Assembly (NCBI GenBank): GCA_044449225.1
Contig: JBIOHU010000001.1
Location: 1 to 46,705 of the forward strand
Direction of reading: 5' to 3'
Source of the DNA: Gemmatimonadales bacterium
Lineage (GTDB): Bacteria; Gemmatimonadota; Gemmatimonadetes; Gemmatimonadales; Gemmatimonadaceae
DNA: 46,705 nucleotides
Part shown: piece after piece, positions 40,649 to 46,705 of the stretch
Numbering within the stretch: the first letter of the stretch is position 1
Layout: the number at the start of each line of letters is the position of its first letter
The notes under the pieces: generated by a model
The model's input: only the letters and a program-made list of their open reading frames with translations
Told to the model about the DNA's origin: nothing
Databases searched by the model: none
Made by a program: the position numbers and the translations under genes

Positions 40649-41829
40649 CAGGTCAGGTCGCGAAGCGATTCAAGTTCGCGCCCATCCTGACAGCGACCGT
40701 CTTCACCGTCCTCCTCCTCTGGCTGGCCGGCCGGGTGGCGGAGGTTTTCCTCCTGCTCTTCCTCGGCATTCTCCTCTCGCTCTGCCTCGGCGCCCTCGCC
40801 GGCGTGCTGCATCGGCGCGCGCGCCTTCCGGAGCGAGCCGCCTTTCTCGCCGCCATCGTCATCCTGTTCGGCGGCGTCGCTCTCATCTTCTGGATCCTCG
40901 TCCCTCCGCTGATCGCGCAGACCCAGGAGCTGGTGAAGGTCCTGCCGGACTACATCAGTGGTTGGGAGACGGCGATCGATCGCCTGGCCGACCGCGTGCC
41001 GGCTCTGAAGTCGGTCTTTCCGCCGGGCCAGCACAGGCTGCTCTTCGCCGTCTACAACCAGGTCGCCGGCCAGTTCGGCAACGTCGTGCCCAAGGTGCTC
41101 GGCATCGTCGAGGTGCTGGTCAGCATCTTCTCCGTCATCGTCATGGGGCTGTACCTCGCCCTCCACCCGGCGCTCTATCGCGAGTGGCTGATCGCGCTCT
41201 TCCCGCCGATCCACCGCGACCTGGTTCGCGACGTGCTCGGCGACTGCGCGGACTCACTGCGGGCGTACATCGTCGGGCTCATGTTGACGATGACCTTCCT
41301 CGGCACGCTGACGGCCGTCGGCCTCTACGTGCTGCACGTGCCCTATTACGTGACCTTCGGCGTCTTCACCGGGCTGGCGACCATCGTTCCCTTCTTCGGG
41401 ACGCTGTTCGCGACGACGCTCCCGGCGCTGTTCGTGCTGACCGGCCCCGCCGGCGGCACCCGCGCACTGTGGGTCATCGCGCTCGGCATCTTCGTCCACC
41501 TCGTCGAGGGCAACCTCGTCTCGCCGTACATCATGTCGAAGCAGGTGGATCTGCCGCCGGTGCTGACGATCGTCTTTGTCCTCATCGTGGGCAATCTTCT
41601 CGGTCCGCTCGGCCTGCTCGTCGCGGTGCCCGGACTCGCGGTGATCATGGTCATCGTACGGCGCATCCTGCTATCGCGCATCTACGAGGGGCACGGGTTC
41701 CGCCGCACCACCAGGGAACGCCCTCTCCGCCTGCGACTGCCAGCTCCCGAGGGCGGCGTGATCGTGCCGCGCAGCTACGTCGACATCATCTCCATCCTGG
41801 AACGTCGCGAGACGCTGGCCCCGGTGTAA
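40645..41829 (+). CDS. AI-2E family transporter (PerM/UPF0118)
   Basis: It has about 8 TM segments and a conserved ..PFFG...A..PA....G..... H..EGN...P..M region. The GTG overlaps the pspA TGA (GTGA). Confidence 0.75.
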   Translation: MTGQVAKRFKFAPILTATVFTVLLLWLAGRVAEVFLLLFLGILLSLCLGALAGVLHRRARLPERAAFLAAIVILFGGVALIFWILVPPLIAQTQELVKVLPDYISGWETAIDRLADRVPALKSVFPPGQHRLLFAVYNQVAGQFGNVVPKVLGIVEVLVSIFSVIVMGLYLALHPALYREWLIALFPPIHRDLVRDVLGDCADSLRAYIVGLMLTMTFLGTLTAVGLYVLHVPYYVTFGVFTGLATIVPFFGTLFATTLPALFVLTGPAGGTRALWVIALGIFVHLVEGNLVSPYIMSKQVDLPPVLTIVFVLIVGNLLGPLGLLVAVPGLAVIMVIVRRILLSRIYEGHGFRRTTRERPLRLRLPAPEGGVIVPRSYVDIISILERRETLAPV

Positions 41830-41883
41830 ATTCAGGGCGTTCGTCGCGTCATCGACCTCCCCGCCCGCATCCCCGAGCCACGC

Positions 41884-42939
41884 ATGTCGCGCGACCCGCG
41901 CTATCTCATCCTGGCCGACGGCCAATTCGGCCCCGAGACCTCCAAGACCGCCAACGCCTGCATCCGCTACACCCCCGATCGTGTCGTCGGGGTGATCGAT
42001 GCGAGCCAGGCGACACGGACCGTCCAGCAAGTTCTCGGGTTCGGCGGCGACATCCCGGTCGTGGCGACGATCGACCAGGGGCTGGCACTCCGCCCGAACG
42101 CGCTTCTCATCGGCATCGCCCCGGCCGGCGGCCAGATCCCGCCGGAGTGGATTGCCGTCGTGCGTCGCGCGATCGAGCAGAAGCTCGAGATCTGGAGCGG
42201 GTTGCACAGCTTCATCGGCGACATCCCCGAGCTCGCGGCGGCGGCGCGAGCGAGCGGGGTCACCATTCACGACCTGCGGCGTCCGCCGGCGAAGATCACC
42301 GTCGCCAACGGCCGCGTCCGCGACGTCGCCGCCACGGTGGTGCTCACCGTCGGCACCGACTGCAACATCGGCAAGATGACGACGCAGCTCCAGCTCCTCG
42401 GCGCGCTGCGGTCGAGGGGTATTCGGACCAGCTTCGCCGCCACCGGGCAGACGGGGATCCTCATCGAAGGTCGCGGGATCAGCGTCGATGCCGTGATCGC
42501 CGACTTCATATCCGGCGCGGCGGAGAAGCTGGTCCTCGACTGCGCGAAGGATTCCGACCTCGTGCTCGTCGAGGGGCAGGGCTCCATCATCCACCCGAGC
42601 TACTCCGGCGTCACGTATGGGCTCCTTCACGGCTCGCTGCCGCATGCGCAGGTGATGTGCGCGCAGCCGTCCCGCACCGCGATCAACCGCTGCGAGTGGG
42701 TGAAGATCCCGCCGCTGGTGGAATTCATCCGCCTGAGCGAGTCCGCTGCGGCGCCGCTGCGGCCAGCGCCGGTCATAGCCGTCGCCCTGAACAGCTACGA
42801 CCTCGACGACGATGCGGCGCGCCGCGCGATCGAGACGGTGCAGCGTGAGACCGGCCTCCCGACGACCGACGTGGTCCGGTTCGATCCGGCGCCGGTGGCC
42901 GACGCGATAGCTCGCTTCCACGATTCGCGGCCCCGCTGA
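41884..42939 (+). CDS. DUF1611-family protein (DgcN-like)
   Basis: 351 aa with VGTDCNIGKMTT (P-loop-like) and VEGQGS..HP.YSGVT, as in DUF1611. Confidence 0.65.
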   Translation: MSRDPRYLILADGQFGPETSKTANACIRYTPDRVVGVIDASQATRTVQQVLGFGGDIPVVATIDQGLALRPNALLIGIAPAGGQIPPEWIAVVRRAIEQKLEIWSGLHSFIGDIPELAAAARASGVTIHDLRRPPAKITVANGRVRDVAATVVLTVGTDCNIGKMTTQLQLLGALRSRGIRTSFAATGQTGILIEGRGISVDAVIADFISGAAEKLVLDCAKDSDLVLVEGQGSIIHPSYSGVTYGLLHGSLPHAQVMCAQPSRTAINRCEWVKIPPLVEFIRLSESAAAPLRPAPVIAVALNSYDLDDDAARRAIETVQRETGLPTTDVVRFDPAPVADAIARFHDSRPR

Positions 42940-43008
42940 CGTAGCGATTCCATCCGGCATGCGACCGAATGATGACGCGATGGCAGGGAAGCAGCGCGAG
43001 ATTCGGCT

Positions 43009-43470
43009 ATGCCTCTCGCCCTTCGCGTGGAATCACTCTGGAAATCCTACATCGCCGGCGTGCGCGGCTGCTCGGCGCGAGTGCGGGTGCTCTGCGGGCT
43101 CTCGCTGACCATCGAGTACGGTGAGCGGGTCGCCATCGTCGGCGCCGCTGGCGCCGGCAAGTCCACCCTGGCGGGATGCATCCTTGGCCTTCGCCGGCCC
43201 GACGCCGGCGTCGTCGACGCACCGGCGCTCGTCACGGGCGACCTCGCGATCGTCGGCGCCAGCCGCTTCCTCGCGCCGCCCGATGCGCGGCGCATCGCTG
43301 CGGCGTCGATGCTCCTGTTCGTTCCCGAGTGGACTTTCCATCGATCGTGGTTCGACCGGATCCTGTTGCTGCGCGACGGGCAGCTCCATCGCCTCGACGA
43401 CGAGGAGCCGGTGCGACGGGTGGCCGAGCGCCTGACCGCCGCGGGAGGGGGAGGGTCGCCGCGACGTTGA
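43009..43470 (+). CDS. Collapsed ABC-ATPase-like protein (Walker A retained; Q-loop, helical subdomain and signature missing)
   Basis: It has L.KSY, the Walker A GAAGAGKST, then after about 50 aa a Walker-B-like LLFVPE (Asp replaced by Pro), and DRILLLRDGQL. It is only 153 aa. Confidence 0.5.
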   Translation: MPLALRVESLWKSYIAGVRGCSARVRVLCGLSLTIEYGERVAIVGAAGAGKSTLAGCILGLRRPDAGVVDAPALVTGDLAIVGASRFLAPPDARRIAAASMLLFVPEWTFHRSWFDRILLLRDGQLHRLDDEEPVRRVAERLTAAGGGGSPRR

Positions 43471-43503
43471 CCGTCGACCCGTCGCGCGTCTAGCTTGCCC
43501 GCG

Positions 43504-44400
43504 ATGCCACAGCTCGTCCAGCAGCTCAGGATCCCGAGGCCGGCGGAAACCGTGCGTCCGCACACCGTTGCCGAGTGGCGCAGCAGCGGCGTGGACTACG
43601 CGCTCGACAAGGGGTTGGACATCGGCGGCGTCCTCCTGTCGATCTTCGTCGTCTGGCTGTTCATCCGGTTCATCTCGCGCCGGATCGAGCACTCGGGTGA
43701 GGACGCGGCGCCCGGCCTGCGAACGGCGCGCGAGCAGCGCGCGCGCACAGCGGCCAAGCTCGTACGCAACGTCGGGCGCGCGGTGTTGACGATCGTCGCC
43801 GTGCTGATGGTGCTCAATCAACTCGACTTCAACATCGGCCCTCTGCTCGCCAGCGCCGGCGTCGTCGGACTCGCGGTGTCGTTCGGCTCACAGAGCCTCG
43901 TGCGCGATTACGTCACCGGTTTCTTTCTCCAGCTCGAGCATCAGTTCGCTCTCGGCGACGTCGTCCGCATCGGCTCAGCCGAGGGTACGGTGGAGAACAT
44001 CTCGCTCCGGCTCGTCTACGTCCGCGACGGAACGGGAGCCCTGCACATCATTCCCAACGGCCAGATCAACCAGGTCGTGAACCTGACCCGGTCGTGGGGG
44101 CGCATCTCGCAGGACGTCGTGGTCTCGTGGAAGGACAGCGACGGCGCCGCGGAGGCGGTACGGCGCGCCGCGGCATCGTTGGCCGACGACAAGGCGTGGG
44201 AGGACGCGCTTCTCGACCCGCCGCGACTGACCGGCATCGAGAAGATCGGTAACGGCGTCATCACGCTGCGCGCCGTGGCGCGCGTCGACCCCTATCGCCG
44301 CGACGACGTCGCTCGCGAGCTGCGGCGGCGCGTCAAGGTCGAGCTCGACCAGTCGGGGATCGTCACCGTGGCGCCGCCGCTTCCGGCGCTTCCGGCGTAG
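43504..44400 (+). CDS. Small-conductance mechanosensitive channel (MscS family)
   Basis: It has a pore-helix region (GVVGLAVSFGSQSLVRDYVTGFF) and a beta domain (GDVV.IG...GTVENISLR). ATG at 43504. The track ORF begins at a TTG at 43495. Confidence 0.85.
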   Translation: MPQLVQQLRIPRPAETVRPHTVAEWRSSGVDYALDKGLDIGGVLLSIFVVWLFIRFISRRIEHSGEDAAPGLRTAREQRARTAAKLVRNVGRAVLTIVAVLMVLNQLDFNIGPLLASAGVVGLAVSFGSQSLVRDYVTGFFLQLEHQFALGDVVRIGSAEGTVENISLRLVYVRDGTGALHIIPNGQINQVVNLTRSWGRISQDVVVSWKDSDGAAEAVRRAAASLADDKAWEDALLDPPRLTGIEKIGNGVITLRAVARVDPYRRDDVARELRRRVKVELDQSGIVTVAPPLPALPA

Positions 44401-44414
44401 CTTTCTCTCTTCAT

Positions 44415-44431
44415 CCGCGCGCGACGCGCGG
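44415..44431 (+). terminator. Short perfect GC hairpin after the mscS-like gene
   Basis: CCGCGCG-cga-CGCGCGG. There is no downstream U-tract. Confidence 0.3.
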
Positions 44432-44456
44432 CCCCGCTCCCGCGCCCCAGTCCGAG

Positions 44457-45878
44457 ATGGCCGACTTTCGTCTGTACAACACGCTCACGCGACAGGTGGA
44501 GACGTTCGTGCCCGCCGACGGCCGTACCGTGCGCATGTACACCTGCGGCCCCACCGTCTACAACCCGGCGCATCTCGGCAATTTCCGCACGTTCCTGTTC
44601 GAGGATCTCATGCGGCGCGTCTTCGTCCTGCGCGGCTGGGAGGTACGGCAGGTGATGAACCTCACGGACGTCGACGACAAGATCATCAAGCGCGCGTTCG
44701 AGCAGGGTAAGACGATCACCGACGTGACGGAGCCGGTGATCGTGACCTTCCATCGCGACCGGGAATACCTGCGCATCCAGCGAGCGGAGTCGTATCCGCG
44801 GGCGACGGACTATCTCCCGCAGATGATTGCCCTCGTGCAGCGGCTGGTGGAGCGGGGGGTGGCCTACCAGGCGGAGGACGGCTCGGTGTACTTCGCCATC
44901 GCGAAGTTCCCCTCTTACGGCAGGCTGTCCCGGCTCGACACGCGCGAGGTGAAGAGCGGAGCCCGCGTCCTTCAGGACGACTACAGCAAGGAGAACGCGC
45001 AGGACTTTGCCCTCTGGAAAGCGGCCAAGCCGGAGGACGAAGCGACAGGGGCGGCGTGGGACTCACCGTGGGGGCGCGGCCGGCCGGGCTGGCACCTCGA
45101 GTGCTCGGCGATGGCGCTGGACCTCCTCGGCGAGACGCTCGACCTCCATTGCGGCGGGATCGACCTGATCTTTCCGCACCATGAAGACGAGATCGCCCAG
45201 AGCGAGGCGGCGACGGGTAGGACCTTCGCGCGGGTGTGGTGCCACGGTGCATTTCTGCTGACCGAGGGCGCGAAGATGGCGAAGCGCGTCGGCAACGTCA
45301 GCACGGTGCAAGGGTTGCGCGAGGCGCGCTTCTCGGCCGCGGCGCTGAGGCACTTCGTCTTCAACACCCACTATCGAAAGGAGCTCAACCTGTCGGAAGA
45401 GGCGCTCCTCGCCTCGATGGAAGCGGTGAAGCGGGTCGGCGCCTTCGCCGAGCGGCTGCGCGACCCGGCCACGCTGGTACTCGGGGGGACGCCGGAGCTG
45501 GCGCGCGCAGCAGAGACAGCGGTAAGGGCGGCCGAAGAGGCACTGTTCGACGACCTCAACGGGCCCGAGGCGCTGGCGGCGCTCTTCGATTTCATCCGGC
45601 GAGGCAATGCCGAGCTGGACCGGAAGGGAGGGGATCAGGGCGCGGTGGAGCGGGCGCGAGCGGCCTTGGACCGGATCGATTCGGTGCTGGACATCGTTCC
45701 GGAACGGGAGGAAGCGGACGCCGAGCTCGCTGCCTGGATCGATGGGCGGATCACCGCGCGGCGTGAGGCGCGAATCCGGCGGGACTTTGCCGAGGCGGAC
45801 CGGATTCGCGGCGAGCTGGCGGATCGGGGAGTAGTGCTGGAGGACGTCGGCGGGGAGACGCGCTGGAAGCTGCGCTAA
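44457..45878 (+). CDS. cysS: Cysteinyl-tRNA synthetase
   Basis: It has a HIGH-type motif (PAHLGN), a KMSKS-type motif (KMAKR), CGPTVY and the Zn-ligand context WHLEC. Confidence 0.95.
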   Translation: MADFRLYNTLTRQVETFVPADGRTVRMYTCGPTVYNPAHLGNFRTFLFEDLMRRVFVLRGWEVRQVMNLTDVDDKIIKRAFEQGKTITDVTEPVIVTFHRDREYLRIQRAESYPRATDYLPQMIALVQRLVERGVAYQAEDGSVYFAIAKFPSYGRLSRLDTREVKSGARVLQDDYSKENAQDFALWKAAKPEDEATGAAWDSPWGRGRPGWHLECSAMALDLLGETLDLHCGGIDLIFPHHEDEIAQSEAATGRTFARVWCHGAFLLTEGAKMAKRVGNVSTVQGLREARFSAAALRHFVFNTHYRKELNLSEEALLASMEAVKRVGAFAERLRDPATLVLGGTPELARAAETAVRAAEEALFDDLNGPEALAALFDFIRRGNAELDRKGGDQGAVERARAALDRIDSVLDIVPEREEADAELAAWIDGRITARREARIRRDFAEADRIRGELADRGVVLEDVGGETRWKLR

Positions 45879-45897
45879 GTCCCGGTCTCGTCGTGCC

Positions 45898-45926
45898 TTG
45901 ACCTTGCGTCACGAGTCAACTATCCT
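45898..45926 (+). promoter_or_regulatory. Sigma-70-type promoter of the tRNA-tuf operon
   Basis: TTGACC (45898-45903), a 17-nt spacer, then TATCCT (45921-45926). It lies 29 nt upstream of the first tRNA. Confidence 0.5.
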
Positions 45927-45954
45927 ACGAGTCTCGCGCAAAAAAGGGCCGTCG

Positions 45955-46027
45955 GCTGACGTAGCTCAATTGGCAGAGCACCTGATTTGTAATCAGGCGG
46001 TTGCGAGTTCGATTCTCGCCGTCAGCT
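45955..46027 (+). tRNA. tRNA-Thr (anticodon TGT)
   Basis: I folded the cloverleaf by hand. The acceptor stem is GCTGACG/CGTCAGC. The anticodon loop is TT-TGT-AA (45988-45990). The T-loop is TTCGATT. No CCA is encoded. Confidence 0.9.
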
Positions 46028-46046
46028 CTGCCGTGCGGGAATATTG

Positions 46047-46129
46047 GGTGGGGTACCCAAGCGGCCAACGGGATCAGACTGTAAATCTGACGGCGCAAGC
46101 CTTCGAAGGTTCGAATCCTTCCCCCACCA
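46047..46129 (+). tRNA. tRNA-Tyr (anticodon GTA)
   Basis: The acceptor stem is GGTGGGG/CCCCACC. The anticodon loop is CT-GTA-AA (46081-46083). It has a long variable arm (class II) and a T-loop TTCGAAT. Confidence 0.9.
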
Positions 46130-46174
46130 TGCGCCGTGGTCGCACGCGGTGCGGCAGGATCGGGGCGGTTCGTC

Positions 46175-46247
46175 GCGGGAGTAGCTCAGCTGGTAGAGCG
46201 CAAGCCTTCCAAGCTTGATGTCGCGGGTTCGAGCCCCGTCTCCCGCT
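46175..46247 (+). tRNA. tRNA-Gly (anticodon TCC)
   Basis: The acceptor stem is GCGGGAG/CTCCCGC. The anticodon loop is CT-TCC-AA (46208-46210). The T-loop is TTCGAGC. Confidence 0.9.
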
Positions 46248-46316
46248 CTGGGACGCAGGATGCAGGATGTCGGTAACAGGTCGGTGCGGGATGTCGGCAG
46301 CATGCAGGTATGGAAC

Positions 46317-46389
46317 GCTCACGTAGCTCAGTTGGTAGAGCACACCCTTGGTAAGGGTGAGGTCATCGGTTCAATCCCGATCGTGAGCT
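46317..46389 (+). tRNA. tRNA-Thr (anticodon GGT)
   Basis: The acceptor stem is GCTCACG/CGTGAGC. The anticodon loop is TT-GGT-AA (46350-46352). The T-loop is TTCAATC. Confidence 0.9.
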
Positions 46390-46564
46390 CTCTCGTGGAA
46401 CGGTGCAAGGCGGGGAGTCGGCGCGACGGGCGCGACCGGTCCCGGAAGCAGGTCGGCGTGATGGCCGGTCGGTCATCGTCGCCATGAATCGCGGTCGCCG
46501 CTGGAGGACGCGTTTCCTCTGGGGGCTACTGGCTGTCCAACCCTCTTGAGTTTCGGATCAGGTC

Positions 46565-46705
46565 ATGGCCAAGGCAAAGTTCGAGCGGACGAAGCCGCAT
46601 GTGAACGTGGGGACGATCGGGCACGTCGATCATGGGAAGACGACGTTGACGGCGGCGATCACGGCGATTCAGGCGGCGAAGGGGTTGGCGCAGTCGGTGG
46701 CGTTC
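46565..46705 (+). CDS. tuf: Elongation factor Tu, N-terminal 47 codons (runs off the window)
   Basis: [32 protein letters not shown]... Confidence 0.95.
   Translation, partial: MAKAKFERTKPHVNVGTIGHVDHGKTTLTAAITAIQAAKGLAQSVAF

Noticed and set aside
45955-46705. The tRNA cluster as a possible integration hotspot or genomic-island boundary.
   Set aside because: Thr-Tyr-Gly-Thr followed by tuf is the widely conserved housekeeping arrangement. There is no integrase, no direct repeat of a tRNA 3' end and no compositional break within the window.

Overview
Dense, very GC-rich bacterial chromosomal segment (GC judged by eye, not computed). I count about 47 protein genes, 4 tRNAs and almost no non-coding DNA. 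No transposase, integrase, phage gene, CRISPR array or recognisable defence or toxin gene is visible. The taxon cannot be determined from the sequence alone. Most of the content is housekeeping: ligA, gyrB, recF plus a DUF721 gene, uvrA, cysS, deoA, sdaAB/sdaAA, cutA, pspA, and the conserved tRNA-Thr/Tyr/Gly/Thr-tuf block at the 3' end. Many long ORFs in the six-frame track are antisense or alternative-frame artefacts of the high GC content. Many true genes are shorter than their track ORF, and I trimmed them to starts that abut or overlap the upstream stop codon. The feature least explained by gene calls is a 291-bp block at 28119-28409. It consists of seven ~19-bp units followed by seven inverted units, fills a convergent gene junction, and supplies the last 11 codons of one gene. 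Other items worth a second look:
- A cytochrome c maturation cluster (System I type) with a Cys-type CcmE (CxxxY), a CcmH-like protein carrying a Tat signal and five cysteines, and a CcmI-N module fused to a double zinc ribbon.
- A perfect 28-bp AT-rich palindrome embedded in a near-consensus promoter, directly in front of a possibly leaderless marR-MFS operon.
- A translationally coupled TPR / orphan ParA / Ig-like lipoprotein trio.
- A TPR / transglutaminase-like / ABC exporter / lipoprotein operon.
- An adjacent bacterial topoisomerase IB and Fe-S-type UDG pair.
- A collapsed 153-aa ABC-ATPase remnant.
All functional calls rest on motifs I recognise in the translations. No database search was run.
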